Source of the DNA: Vicinamibacteria bacterium
GTDB lineage: Bacteria > Acidobacteriota > Vicinamibacteria > Marinacidobacterales > Marinacidobacteraceae
Length of the DNA: 64,000 bases
NCBI GenBank assembly: GCA_963422395.1
Contig: OY729431.1
Coordinates: forward strand, 1,248,001-1,312,000
Reading direction: 5' to 3'
In this document: in pieces, positions 9,380 through 21,301 of the stretch
Layout of the letters: each line of letters begins with the position of its first letter
Position numbering within the stretch: position 1 is the first letter of the stretch
The notes under the pieces: model-generated
Seen by the model: only the letters and a program-made list of their open reading frames with translations
The model's database searches: none
What the model was told of the DNA's origin: nothing
Program-made: the position numbers and the translations under genes

Positions 9380-10678
9380 TCAGGATCCGTCGCTGATGTC
9401 GTAGGCGAGCAGGACATCCTGGTCGCGAAGGTAGAGGAGGCCGTTCGCGACCACCGGATGGCTCCAGGTGTCCCGCCGGGAGCGCTCCGTCTCGGGGAAC
9501 CGGAAGCGTCCGCGTTCGCGGTAGCCGGCCCGCGAGGGTTCGACGAGGGCGACTTCGCCTCGTTCGCTGAAGATGTAGAGGCGGTCGTCGGCGAGCGTGA
9601 GCGAACCTTTCCGGATCGAGCGGTCGCGCCAGAAGAGCGCGCCGGTCTCGATGTCGAGGGCGCTCAGGATGGAGCCGGAAAAGCCGTAGAGCACCCCGTC
9701 GCGAAGGATCGGAGTGGCGTGGTGGGCGCGCATGTTGCGGGTGAAGTACGCCTCTTCGACGGCGACTCCGCCCGCTCCGTCGGACTGCAGTTCGAGCAGC
9801 GCGCCGCCGGTGCCGTAGTCGGAAGAGAGGAACAGGCGGACGGAGCCCTCCTCGCGAGACACCAGGATCGGAGTCGCGATGTTCGCGGTGCGGTTGGAAG
9901 CCCGGGGGTAGCTCCAGAGCAGCGCCCCATCTTCGGCCCGGACGCCCGCCGCGCGCTCGCCGCTGAAGAAGACGACATGGGGGGCGCCGGGCAGGTCCAC
10001 CGGCAGCGGCGAGGCGTAGCCCGCCTCGTCGTTCTCGGCACTCCAGAGCAGCTCCCCGGAGGCGGCGTCGAAAGCCGCGAACCCGGAGCCCTCTCCGCCC
10101 GGCGAAACCAGCAGCCGGCCGCCGAGCAGGAGCGGGGATTCGCTGATCCCCCAGGAGATGTTCCGCCCGCCGATCTCGCCGAGCAGATCCGCGTTCCAGA
10201 GAACCTGCCCGGTTGCGGCATCGAGCGTCGAGAGCCGGCCCTGTGCCCCGAGCGCGTGAACGCGCCCGGCGGCGACCGTCGGCGCCGAGCGGGGTCCATC
10301 GCCGCGTCCGTCTCGGTAGCCCTCGTCGTGCGGGGCGGCCCAGAGCTGCGCGCCCGTTTTCGCGTCGAGGGCGATCACCCACTCCCGCCCCGACACCATG
10401 CCCAGAGTGTGGATGCGGCCATCGGCGACCGCGACGGTCGAATACCCGGCGCCGAGCCCGTCAGCGCGGAAAGCCAGCGGCGGCCCCCCTTCGGGCCAGC
10501 TCTGGAGCAGCCCGGTCTCGCGGGAGATTCCGTCCCGGTTGGGGCCGCGCCACTGTGGCCAGTCTTCGCCCGGCGCGGCCCCGGTAGAGAGGAAGAGAGC
10601 GATCCCGCCCGCGAGGCCGCGGCGCGCGGTGCGCCGACCCGTTCGGGTCACGGTGTCGGCGGCTCGGCGGCGAGCCAT
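9380..10678 (-). CDS. PQQ-binding-like beta-propeller repeat protein, exported
   Basis: Signal peptide, then DWPQWRGPNRDG, repeated ALDAxTGxxLW blades, WSHPVVANGLLYLRD. Confidence 0.88.
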   Translation of the reverse strand: MARRRAADTVTRTGRRTARRGLAGGIALFLSTGAAPGEDWPQWRGPNRDGISRETGLLQSWPEGGPPLAFRADGLGAGYSTVAVADGRIHTLGMVSGREWVIALDAKTGAQLWAAPHDEGYRDGRGDGPRSAPTVAAGRVHALGAQGRLSTLDAATGQVLWNADLLGEIGGRNISWGISESPLLLGGRLLVSPGGEGSGFAAFDAASGELLWSAENDEAGYASPLPVDLPGAPHVVFFSGERAAGVRAEDGALLWSYPRASNRTANIATPILVSREEGSVRLFLSSDYGTGGALLELQSDGAGGVAVEEAYFTRNMRAHHATPILRDGVLYGFSGSILSALDIETGALFWRDRSIRKGSLTLADDRLYIFSERGEVALVEPSRAGYRERGRFRFPETERSRRDTWSHPVVANGLLYLRDQDVLLAYDISDGS

Positions 10679-11715
10679 TCCCGCGCGGGGGAGAGCGCCC
10701 GATCCAGGAGCGCCTCGAGGTAGCTCTGGAGCCTTCGTCCCGCGTCCTCCGGTGCCCGATCATCTCCCGGTGCGACGCTCTCCGGCCCGGGGATCTCCGC
10801 CATGGCCACATAGACGAGCTGGCGGCCGGGGAGGTCCTCCGGCCGCTCGAAAAAGCCCGACAGGACCCGGGTGATCGGACTGGAGTTCAGCGATCCGCCC
10901 TTGTAGAAGTGGCGGCCGTGGGCGGTCTCTTCGAGGAAGAGGATGTCCCGCATCGCGGCGATGGTCTCCGGAGCAGCGCCCGGGGTGTCGCCCCGCGCGA
11001 TCGAAGCGAGGACGGCGGCGAGTGAGCGGGCGGTGGCTTCGTTGTCGCCGGTGACATCGCGCGCCGCGAGCATGTAGCGGCGGGCGTGGATCCCGGAGAA
11101 ATCCGGGTGGCGGGCGTGGATCCTCCGCGTCAGCTCGGCGGGGCCGCCGAGGAAGGCGGTCACCAGGTTCGCGGCGGCGTTGTACACCGCGTTCGAGACT
11201 TCGGTTCCCCGAATCATCGTGAACCCCACGGTCTCGGCGCTGGCAGTTTCGAGGTGCTCGCGGATTTCCGCCTGCGTCCTGGCGTCGAAAGGGGAGACCG
11301 CCGGATGCGCGGAGTCGAAGGCAGCCGCGGCGCTCCCCGGGAGCGCCTCGCCGAGGGTGTTCGCGCGGTCGGTGAACAGCTCGACCAGGTACGAGGTCTT
11401 GATCGAGCTCGCCGCCGGACGGGGCGCCTCCGGGGACTCTGCATAGAGCGGCCCGCCGCCGCTGAATCCGCTATCCGCGGTCCCGATCCAGAGACTCCGC
11501 TCGAGGCCGGCGAACTCGTCAGAGTCAACACTTCCGATTGCGGCGGCGATGCGCTCCCTTACCGCACCGGAGTCTTCCGCGGCTGGCGAGCCTCGAAAAA
11601 CGCCTTCGGCCTCGGGCACCCCGGCCAACCCCGAGAGCAACGCTGCGGCGACCGAGAGCGATGCCGCAGCGCCCGGGAGCGCTGGCGCCCAAGCCCTTCG
11701 AAGCAGCCTTCGCAT
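10648..11715 (-). CDS. Serine hydrolase, class A beta-lactamase-like fold, exported
   Basis: Signal-like N-terminus from ATG 11715. PAASSIK (SxxK), a divergent SxN region, DNEATARSLA, YKGGSL at the KTG position. Confidence 0.6.
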   Translation of the reverse strand: MRRLLRRAWAPALPGAAASLSVAAALLSGLAGVPEAEGVFRGSPAAEDSGAVRERIAAAIGSVDSDEFAGLERSLWIGTADSGFSGGGPLYAESPEAPRPAASSIKTSYLVELFTDRANTLGEALPGSAAAAFDSAHPAVSPFDARTQAEIREHLETASAETVGFTMIRGTEVSNAVYNAAANLVTAFLGGPAELTRRIHARHPDFSGIHARRYMLAARDVTGDNEATARSLAAVLASIARGDTPGAAPETIAAMRDILFLEETAHGRHFYKGGSLNSSPITRVLSGFFERPEDLPGRQLVYVAMAEIPGPESVAPGDDRAPEDAGRRLQSYLEALLDRALSPAREWLAAEPPTP

Positions 11716-11979
11716 GGCGACGAGTCTAGCGGAGGTTCCGTCGAGCGGTGTTGGGGCACCGGAGTCCTGCCGCCGACCGCGTGCTGCAACGGGGCTGGTC
11801 CCGAGGGACGGTAATGGACCGGTACGACGCTCCGATCCTCTGGGGATGTCGGTGGTCGGTGGGAAAGGGTCGCGGCGAAAAGAAAAACCCCTCCCGGATT
11901 TCCGCGAACGCTTCGAAGGTTTTTTCCGAGCGAACGCTTTTCCCGACAGGCTGTCCGTCAGGTCATCCGACAGGGGCGG

Positions 11980-12004
11980 CCGGAACGGGGAGGCCCCGTC
12001 CCGG
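11980..12004 (-). terminator. Hairpin after groEL (possible terminator)
   Basis: CCGGGACGGGG-CCT-CCCCGTTCCGG, ~20 nt after the stop. No U tract. Confidence 0.4.
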
Positions 12005-12025
12005 CGAGTGTGCTTCGGTTTCGGA

Positions 12026-14006
<1,981 letters not shown>

Positions 14007-14167
14007 CGGTACATATCTCCTCTCTTTGGCTTGGATGGACGCCGTGCGGCGCCCATGCCGGGGGTTTCAGATGGGTCCGGCCGGTCTCACGAGCTGCGGA
14101 ACCGGTCCCGGAGCGGCTTGCCTAGCGTGTGGCCGGCGATGCCGATCAGGAGCTCCGAACGATGGGA

Positions 14168-14196
14168 ACGATAGACGCGATGCCGCGGGTTGTCAA
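14168..14196 (-). promoter_or_regulatory. Sigma70-type promoter of groESL
   Basis: Minus strand TTGACA-17 nt-TATCGT. Confidence 0.7.
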
Positions 14197-14225
14197 GCAG
14201 TGTTTAGCAAGATCACAATATATAA

Positions 14226-14248
14226 ATCTTAGTGAATTCCACTACGAT
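14226..14248. promoter_or_regulatory. Palindromic operator upstream of groES (HAIR-like)
   Basis: ATCTTAGTG-aattc-CACTACGAT, with 8/9 arm symmetry. Matches the hsp20 site. Confidence 0.6.
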
Positions 14249-15048
14249 TCTGCGCTGCGGTTGCCGTCAGGACGCAGACGGACGACGAACCCGGCGGCCG
14301 AAGCGGGAATACGCAGCTCGCCTTCGCGGGGGCCGGCTTCCACGGGCACTCCGCCCTCGGCGAGCCCCCTGCGGTCCGCCTCGGAATCGCCGGTGTCGAG
14401 GACGAGGGCGGTGAGTCCCGGTTCTCCGGGCTCGAAGCGGAGAGCGCAGCCGTTTCCGAAGGGGAGTACCGTGCCCGGTCCGCCGTTGCTGCCGGATTCG
14501 GAACCGGCGGGCGGAACCCCGAAGAGCCGCTCGAAACGCCGGGCCGCGGCGGCCGGGTCCGAGCTTCCCGCCACCACCTCGACGAGCCGGGTGGCTGACA
14601 GCAGCGGGCTCATCCGGGGCGGCGGCGGGTCGGGCCAGTTCCAGCTCGAAGCGTGGGGCTGGATGAGCTCCACCGTGAAACCGCAGGCGTCCCCCGGATA
14701 GACGAAGGCTTCGAAGCCGTCGGCGGCTCGGAAGATCGTGTCCTCGAAGATCTCGGTCGTCTGCCGGACCCGGGCCACGGCGCCCTCGATGTCGTCGGTC
14801 TCGAGGGCGAGGTGTTCGAGCCCCTCGCCCCGCTCGCGAAGGTAGCGGCAAACGCGTGCTTCGGGATTCCAGTTGTGGACCACATGGAGCCAGCATTCGT
14901 TCCCGAGCAGCGTGCGCGAGTCGAGCTGGAACCCCCGGCCCTGATCGGTGCGCCGCTCCGACGGTTCGAGTCCGATCCGGCGGAGCCCCGCCGCCGCCGA
15001 GGCGTGGCTCCGGTGTGCAGTGCCGATGTGCTGGAGGCGCAGGATCAT
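14242..15048 (-). CDS. VOC (glyoxalase/methylmalonyl-CoA epimerase-like) two-domain protein
   Basis: LQHIG, RYLRERGEGLEHLALETDDIE, AFVYP..GFTVELIQ, followed by a degenerate second VOC domain. Confidence 0.75.
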   Translation of the reverse strand: MILRLQHIGTAHRSHASAAAGLRRIGLEPSERRTDQGRGFQLDSRTLLGNECWLHVVHNWNPEARVCRYLRERGEGLEHLALETDDIEGAVARVRQTTEIFEDTIFRAADGFEAFVYPGDACGFTVELIQPHASSWNWPDPPPPRMSPLLSATRLVEVVAGSSDPAAAARRFERLFGVPPAGSESGSNGGPGTVLPFGNGCALRFEPGEPGLTALVLDTGDSEADRRGLAEGGVPVEAGPREGELRIPASAAGFVVRLRPDGNRSAES

Positions 15049-15079
15049 GGGGCGCACATTATCGGGATTTTCTCGGCGA

Positions 15080-15870
15080 GGGCCTGCCGGAGGTTCGAGG
15101 CGATGCCGGTGGCGGCAGCGAGACTCGCCGGCCTGAGCCTGGTGCGGTTCCGGGAGGATTACCTGCCGGGTGCGGTGGATGCCGAAGCCCTGGCGAGAAA
15201 CGACCGGAACATCGAAGAGCGCCTCGCCGCCATGAAGATGATCGCTACGGTGGAGGATCCCATGCCGACGATCGTCGGCGTCCTGGTCCTGGGCCGCCGT
15301 CCGCAGGAGTTCCTACCGGGGGCCTACGCCCAATTCCTGCGGATCGCCGGCACCGAGTGGGGGATCCGGTCGTCGACGAAGCTCGTTGCCTTCGGACCGA
15401 TTTCCGAGGTCATCGCGCAGTTGGACCTCAAGCTGTTCGCCCACAACCGGACCGCCGTGGATTTCACTTCGGATCGGCTGGAAAAACGGACGGTGACCTA
15501 TCCGCCGAGTGCTCTGCAGCAGCTCGTCCGCAACGCGGTCATGCATCGCAGCTATGAGGGAACGAACGCCCCCATCCATGTGTACTGGTTCGACGACCGC
15601 ATCGAGATCAACAGCCCGGGGGGGGGGGCGTACGGAGAGCTGAACCACCGCAATTTCGGACAACCGGGCCTCGTGGATTACCGCAACCCGATCTTGGCGG
15701 AGGCGATGCGCGTCCTCGGGTTCTTCCAGCGATTCGGCTTCGGGATTCCCTCAGCGCGGCGCGACCTGCAAACCAACGGAAACCCACCGCCCGAGTTCCG
15801 GGTGGAAGCGAACCGGATTCGATGTACGGTCCGGGTTCGCGCGCCGGAGCCGGCGCGGTCGTCTCGCTGA
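15080..15870 (+). pseudogene. 5'-truncated AlbA/Schlafen-associated 'RecG C-terminal' (HATPase_c_4) protein
   Basis: YPPSALQQLVRNAVMHRSYE, WFDDRIEINSPGG, YRNPILAEAMRVLGFFQRFGFGI. N-terminal DNA-binding domain is absent, and there is an apparent local double frameshift near 15360-15392. Confidence 0.7.
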
Positions 15871-16029
15871 CGGTCCAACTGCTAGCTCCGAGCCAGCTTC
15901 CCGCGAACGCCCGGCTGGAATAAGGGCTCTACTCGTCGTATACGGCCCCGGCGAAGGTCCTTCGCCCGGCGGGTGAGCAGCGCACCCGGAGGGGATCGGG
16001 GCGCTGTCGGAACCGCCGGCGCCGTCAGG

Positions 16030-18195
16030 TCATCGCTCCACCCCGAGGTGGTGGAGCATGAACGCCCAGCGGTCGGCTTCGAGCGCCATCCGCATCGAGA
16101 CCGGCATTCCCCCGCCGTGCCCGGCGCTCTTCTGGACGCGGAGCAGCACCGGGTTTTCGCCCTTGCCGTGGATCTCCTGCAACCGCGCCGCGTACTTGAA
16201 CGAATGGCCGGGCGCCACCCGGTCGTCGTGGTCGGCGGTGGTCACGAGCGTCGCCGGAAAGTCTTCGCTCGGGGCGATGTTGTGGTAAGGCGAATAGGTG
16301 CGCAGCACCTCGAACATCTCCGGGTCGTCGGGGCTTCCGTAGTCCGAAGTCCAGGCCCAGCCGATGGTGAACTCGTGGAAGCGGAGCATGTCCATCACTC
16401 CGACGGCAGGCAGCGCCGCGCCGAAGAGTTCGGGACGCTGGTTCAGAACCGCCCCGACCAGCAGACCGCCGTTCGAACCTCCGGCGATGCCGAGCCGGTC
16501 CGGGCGGGTCACCGAGTCGTGGATCAGGAACTCGGCGGCGGCGGTGAAGTCGTCGAAGACATTCTGCTTGTTCTCGAGCATTCCTCCGCGGTGCCAGCTC
16601 TCACCGTACTCCCCGCCGCCTCGGAGATTGACCTGCGCATACACCCCGCCGCGTTCCAGGAAGACGAGATCCGAGGCGCGGAACCGGGGCCGCAGGCTGA
16701 TGTTGAAACCGCCGTAGCCGTAGAGCAGCGTCGGGTTGCCGCCGTCGCGCACCAGGTCCTTGCGGTGAGTCAGGAACATGGGGATTCGGGTTCCGTCGGC
16801 GGAAGCGAAGAACACCTGCTCCGTTTCGTAGTCCTCGAAGTCGAAGGGGACTTCGGGCGCCCAGTGCTCGGTCGTTTCCCCGGAGGTGAGGTCGTAGCGG
16901 TACACCGCCGGCGGAAAGAGGAAGGAAGAGAACGCGAAGTAGAGCGCGTCGTCCCGCCGGCCGCCGCTGAGCTGGGACACCGAGCCGATCCCCGGCAAGG
17001 GAACCTCCCGCTCGAAGGCGCCGTCGAGAGTATGGACGGCGAGCCGGCTCTTCGCGTCGTCGAGAAAGGACAGTACGAACCGGTCGCCGACGATACGCGC
17101 GCGCTCCAGTGTGTCCTCGCTTTCCGGCACCAGTTCCAGCCAGTTTCCCGGCTCGGGGCGTTCGATGTCCACGGCGACGATCCGATAGCGCGGCGCGTCT
17201 CGATTCGTCAGGAAGTAGAAGCTCGGCCCGTCGTTTCCGAGGAACCCGTAGGAAGCGTCGAAGTCGTCGAGCAGCGGAACGATCTCGCCGTCGAAGCGCG
17301 GCGCCTCGCCCCGCCCGAGGTCGAGCAGATGGATCCGGTTTCGTTCGTCGGTCCCTTCGCCGATGGAGAACACTGCGTAGCGGCCGTCGTCGGACACTTC
17401 GGCCCCTACGGATCCGTCGGGTTCTTCGGGCCTCGCGTAGATGAGCCGGTCCGAGTCCTGCGCCGACCCGAGCGCGTGGTACCAGACGCTCTGGTTCCGG
17501 GTGACCCCGCCCTGCGCGGCCTCGGGGTCCGGTTCGGGGTAGCGGCTGTAGAAGAACCCCCCGTTGTCGTGGGTCCAGGCGGCGCCGGAGAACTTGATCC
17601 AACGCAGGTGGTCCTCGCGCTGCTCGCCGCTCGCCACTTCCATCACCCGGAATTCCCGCCAGTCGGAGCCGGATTCGCCGAGTCCGTAGGCGAGCAGCGC
17701 TCCGTCCTCGCTGAACGCGGTCGTTCCCAGGCTCACCGTGCCGTCCGCGGACAACTCGTTCGGGTCGAGGAGGACTTCGGATACACCCGGATCCTCGTCG
17801 GGTGAGGGCATGCGGTAGAGGACATCCTGGTCCTGGAGCCCGTCGTTCGCGCGAAGGAACCAGTGCTCGCCGAAGCGGAACGGGACGCTCCGGCGGGGAT
17901 AGTCCTGCAGCTCGGTCAGCCGGGCGAGGATCTCCTCGCGCTGCGGCAGCGAGTGCAGGTGGTCGAAAGTGACCTCGTTCTGCCGGTCCACCCAGGCGAG
18001 CACTTCGGAGTCGCGGTCGTCTTCGAGCCAGCGGTAGGGGTCTGCGACTTCCACGCCGTGGAGCGACTCGACGAGTGCTTCCTGGCGGGTCTCGGGATAG
18101 TCGAACCCGCCCCGGCAGGCGCCGAGCACCAAGCCGCCGAGCACCAGGGCGCCGCCGAAGCGCCACACCGTCAGACCGTTCTTCGTTTTCTCCAT
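16030..18195 (-). CDS. Prolyl oligopeptidase (S9A), probable lipoprotein
   Basis: DPYRWLE, LLYGYGGF, GGSNGG catalytic Ser, DHDDRV, AGHG. Lipobox LGAC. GGAGGAG RBS before ATG 18195. Confidence 0.95.
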   Translation of the reverse strand: MEKTKNGLTVWRFGGALVLGGLVLGACRGGFDYPETRQEALVESLHGVEVADPYRWLEDDRDSEVLAWVDRQNEVTFDHLHSLPQREEILARLTELQDYPRRSVPFRFGEHWFLRANDGLQDQDVLYRMPSPDEDPGVSEVLLDPNELSADGTVSLGTTAFSEDGALLAYGLGESGSDWREFRVMEVASGEQREDHLRWIKFSGAAWTHDNGGFFYSRYPEPDPEAAQGGVTRNQSVWYHALGSAQDSDRLIYARPEEPDGSVGAEVSDDGRYAVFSIGEGTDERNRIHLLDLGRGEAPRFDGEIVPLLDDFDASYGFLGNDGPSFYFLTNRDAPRYRIVAVDIERPEPGNWLELVPESEDTLERARIVGDRFVLSFLDDAKSRLAVHTLDGAFEREVPLPGIGSVSQLSGGRRDDALYFAFSSFLFPPAVYRYDLTSGETTEHWAPEVPFDFEDYETEQVFFASADGTRIPMFLTHRKDLVRDGGNPTLLYGYGGFNISLRPRFRASDLVFLERGGVYAQVNLRGGGEYGESWHRGGMLENKQNVFDDFTAAAEFLIHDSVTRPDRLGIAGGSNGGLLVGAVLNQRPELFGAALPAVGVMDMLRFHEFTIGWAWTSDYGSPDDPEMFEVLRTYSPYHNIAPSEDFPATLVTTADHDDRVAPGHSFKYAARLQEIHGKGENPVLLRVQKSAGHGGGMPVSMRMALEADRWAFMLHHLGVER

Positions 18196-18523
18196 GTCCT
18201 TCGCTCCTCCTCGAGTTCGAGCTGGGTATGGGCAGCGTAGCGGGGCGGCTCCTCCTTCGGGAGATCGCTCGGATCGACCGTCAGGTATTGCCGCTCCATA
18301 CCAACGGTGGACGGCGGCGTCCTCTTCCGACGACCGGTTCGCCAGCAGACCGCCCGCCCGGGAAGGCGGATCGCCCGACGGCCTCCCCGATCGGCATCGA
18401 AACCGGCTTCGCCCGCGGGTCGAACCGCGGGCGAAGAAGAACGGGTGGAGAAATCGGGCCGGGGTGTAGTCGGCAGGCACCGTGCCTCCCCCGCCGAAAG
18501 CCGGAAAGCACGGCGAAGTCTTC

Positions 18524-18637
18524 TACAGTCCGTGGATGAAGTGGCGCGAGCACCGAGACCGGGGAGGCGCCCGGCTGACAAGGCGCGAATCGGCTCGCTA
18601 CTCGGCAATGCCGTGTGACTTCGTCCACGGGCTGCTA
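18524..18637. mobile_element. MITE family A copy (short, 114 bp)
   Basis: TACAGTCCGTGGATGAAGT...ACTTCGTCCACGGGCTGCTA terminal inverted repeats. Confidence 0.75.
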
Positions 18638-18700
18638 AAAGCCGGGGGCGTTCTCGAGTGCGCTATGCTGGCGAGCGTCCGTGTCCTTGGTTCCCCGATC

Positions 18701-20533
18701 GTGATTCCCCGGATCTCCCGGCGTTCGGCCCTGTCGGGCGCGGCGTACGCGGGGGCGGCCGCGGCGCTTTCGGGACTGTGGCCGGGGCGCGTTGCCGCCG
18801 GCGTCCCGGAACGCACCGTCCCGGACGAGCTCTCCGGTTCCCGCTTCGATCTGTGCGTCCTCCGCGCTCCGGTCCCGATCGAAGGACGGCGGGGCGAGGC
18901 GATCACGATCAACGGGAGCGTTCCCGGTCCCCTTCTCCGTTGGCGGGAGGGAGACGAGGTCGTCCTCCGAGTGAAGAACGAACTCGACGAGGACACCTCG
19001 ATCCACTGGCACGGCATTCTCGTCCCGTACGGGATGGACGGTGTTCCCGGCGTCTCGTTTCCCGGGATCGCACCGGGCGAGACTTTCGAGTACCGCTTCC
19101 CGGTGCGTCAGGCGGGAACCTACTGGTACCACTCGCACTCGGGCCTCCAGGAGCAGTCGGGGCATTACGGGGCGCTCGTCATCGAACCGGCGAAGGGCGA
19201 CCCGGTGGCTTTCGACCGCGAGCATGTGCTGGTGCTCGGCGACTGGACCTTCTCGAGGCCGGAGTGGATCTTCGAGCGCCTCAAGAAGTCCAGCGAATCC
19301 TTCAACTTCGGAAAGCCGACCCTCGGCGGCTTCTTCCGCGAGGCCGGCAGCCGCGGGTTCGGAGCCGCGCTCCGCGACCGGGCCGCCTGGGCGCGGATGC
19401 GCATGTCGGTCGCCGACCTGGCCGATGTCACCGGGGCCGCCTACACCTATCTGGTGAACGGCTGTGGTCCGGCCGACAACTGGACCGGGCGCTTCCAGGC
19501 GGGCGAGCGGGTACGGCTGCGCTTCGTCAACGCGGCGGCGATGACGCTGTTCAACATCCGGATTCCGGGCTTGCCGATGACCGTGGTGCAGGCCGACGGC
19601 CTCGATATCCAGCCCGTCGAGATCGACGAATTCCAGATCGGGGTGGCGGAGACTTTCGATGTGATCGTTACTCCGAGGCAGGAGCGCGCCTTCACGGTCA
19701 TGTGCGAAGCGATGGACCGGAGCGGCTACGGGCGCGCCACGCTCGCCCCTGCGGCAGGCTTCCCCGAAGCCGATCGGAACCCGAGCTTCAGCGCCGAGGT
19801 GCCGCCGCTGCGGAAACCGCCCCGGCTCACCATGCGCGACATGGGTCACGGGGGGCACCGGGATTCACCATCCGGCAGCGAACATGCTCCCTCCGGGACG
19901 GCCTCCCACGGGGGGATGGGTCATGCGGGGATGGACCATGGGGAGATGGATCATGCGGGGATGGACGGAACCGGCGCTTCGTCGGCGCCGCAACCGCACG
20001 ACCATCCGAAGGGCCCGGGAGTCGCGAATCTCGCCGCGGCTCCGGTCAGCCGGCTGGCGGAGCCAGGGCTCGGCCTCGATGCCGTTCCCCACCGGGCGCT
20101 CTCCTATGCGGACCTCGTCGCCCTGAGCGACAACCCGGACGCCCGCGCCCCCGAGCGCGAACTGGAACTCCATCTCACCGGCAACATGCGGCGCTACATG
20201 TGGTCCTTCGACGGCGTGAAGTACTCCGACGCCGAAGAACCCATCGTGTTTCGCGAGGGCGAGCGGTTGCGCCTGATCCTGGTCAACGACACCATGATGG
20301 TCCACCCCGTCCACCTGCACGGAATGTTCTTCGAGGTGGAGACCGGAGCCGGGCGCCGCTTGCCCAGAAAGCACACCATTTCAGTGAAACCAGGAGAGCG
20401 GCTGCCGCTGCTCGTCACTGCCGATGCTCCGGGAGACTGGGCCTTCCACTGCCATCTGCTCTACCACATGCGCGCCGGCATGATGCGGGTGGTCTCCGTC
20501 CAGGGCCCCGGCAGCGCGGCATCTGTCGGATGA
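18701..20533 (+). CDS. copA: Copper resistance multicopper oxidase CopA (Tat-exported)
   Basis: Tat motif SRRSAL, HWHG, WYHSH, HPVHLHG, HCHLLYHM and a His/Met-rich insert. Start at 18665 or 18701. Confidence 0.93.
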   Translation: MIPRISRRSALSGAAYAGAAAALSGLWPGRVAAGVPERTVPDELSGSRFDLCVLRAPVPIEGRRGEAITINGSVPGPLLRWREGDEVVLRVKNELDEDTSIHWHGILVPYGMDGVPGVSFPGIAPGETFEYRFPVRQAGTYWYHSHSGLQEQSGHYGALVIEPAKGDPVAFDREHVLVLGDWTFSRPEWIFERLKKSSESFNFGKPTLGGFFREAGSRGFGAALRDRAAWARMRMSVADLADVTGAAYTYLVNGCGPADNWTGRFQAGERVRLRFVNAAAMTLFNIRIPGLPMTVVQADGLDIQPVEIDEFQIGVAETFDVIVTPRQERAFTVMCEAMDRSGYGRATLAPAAGFPEADRNPSFSAEVPPLRKPPRLTMRDMGHGGHRDSPSGSEHAPSGTASHGGMGHAGMDHGEMDHAGMDGTGASSAPQPHDHPKGPGVANLAAAPVSRLAEPGLGLDAVPHRALSYADLVALSDNPDARAPERELELHLTGNMRRYMWSFDGVKYSDAEEPIVFREGERLRLILVNDTMMVHPVHLHGMFFEVETGAGRRLPRKHTISVKPGERLPLLVTADAPGDWAFHCHLLYHMRAGMMRVVSVQGPGSAASVG

Positions 20534-21276
20534 GGCGGAGAGCCGCCGGCTTTCGATCCGCCGCTCTCGCCGCGGCGCTGCTGCCCGCCCTCTCGGGAGC
20601 AGCCCTTCCAACGGAAGCGGCTCGGGGCGCAGGCGATCAGGAAACACACGGGGAACACCGAGTACCGCTGATCGCCTACCTGGAAGTCGAACGCCTCGAA
20701 ATCCGCTCCGGGGAGGGTTCGCGGCGTTTTCTCGCCGACTTCCAGAGCTGGTTCGGGGGCGACCTCCACAAGCTCTGGTTGAAAGCGGAACGGGAGCCGG
20801 ACGGGGAAGTCTTCGAGGGCCAGCTCCTCTACAGTCGGGCGGTGAGCCCCTTCTTCGATGTCCAGATCGGCGCCCGCCGGGATTTCGGCGCGGCGGGGGG
20901 ATCGAGCTATGCGGTGATCGGCCTCGAGGGTCTGGCGCCCTATCTCTTCGAGGTGGACGCCGCCGTCTTCCTCCGGGACGACGGCGGGGCGTTCGCCCGG
21001 CTGGAAGCCGAGCTGGATCTGCTGCTCACTCAGCGGCTGATCCTCCAGCCGCGCGGAGAGATCGGGCTCGGGTTCGGGAAGGGGACGGTTTCCGGCAGGG
21101 GTGCCGCGCTGGGCGCCGCCGAGGCGGGGATCCACCTGCGATACGAGATTCGCAGGGAATTCGCGCCCTATCTGGGGGTGCTCTTCGAGAGGACGCGCGA
21201 TCCCGCGGGCGAGAGCGTGGGAGCCGGGGCCGACTGGAGCCCGCTGCTGGTGATGGGCCTGCGCGTCTGGTACTGA
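20530..21276 (+). CDS. copB: Copper resistance outer-membrane protein CopB
   Basis: WFGGDLHKLWLK, LLYSRAVSPFFDVQIG, GLEGLAPY, LRYEIRREFAPY, GLRVWY. ATGA overlap with copA. Confidence 0.9.
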   Translation: MRRRAAGFRSAALAAALLPALSGAALPTEAARGAGDQETHGEHRVPLIAYLEVERLEIRSGEGSRRFLADFQSWFGGDLHKLWLKAEREPDGEVFEGQLLYSRAVSPFFDVQIGARRDFGAAGGSSYAVIGLEGLAPYLFEVDAAVFLRDDGGAFARLEAELDLLLTQRLILQPRGEIGLGFGKGTVSGRGAALGAAEAGIHLRYEIRREFAPYLGVLFERTRDPAGESVGAGADWSPLLVMGLRVWY

Positions 21277-21301
21277 CCGCTCGACGGGCCGCTGCAGTCG
21301 G

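Noticed and set aside
11937-11954. TTTTTCCCGACAGGCTGT as another IS end
   Set aside because: The match is too short and degenerate, with no partner end.
14010-14245. CIRCE element upstream of groES
   Set aside because: No TTAGCACTC-N9-GAGTGCTAA is present; there is only a partial TTAGCA.
18408-18435. Strong hairpin TTCGCCCGCGG-gtcgaa-CCGCGGGCGAA upstream of the oligopeptidase as a riboswitch
   Set aside because: It is a single hairpin with no recognisable aptamer motif and no second copy noticed.
18482-18700. MITE-encoded N-terminal extensions of copA (similarly the Wzy_C gene and rpsT)
   Set aside because: Open frames are expected by chance at this GC content. The element frame differs between copies, and better starts (Tat signal, RBS) lie downstream.
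19840-19970. His/Met-rich 15-bp repeats in copA
   Set aside because: This is an ordinary feature of CopA-type multicopper oxidases.
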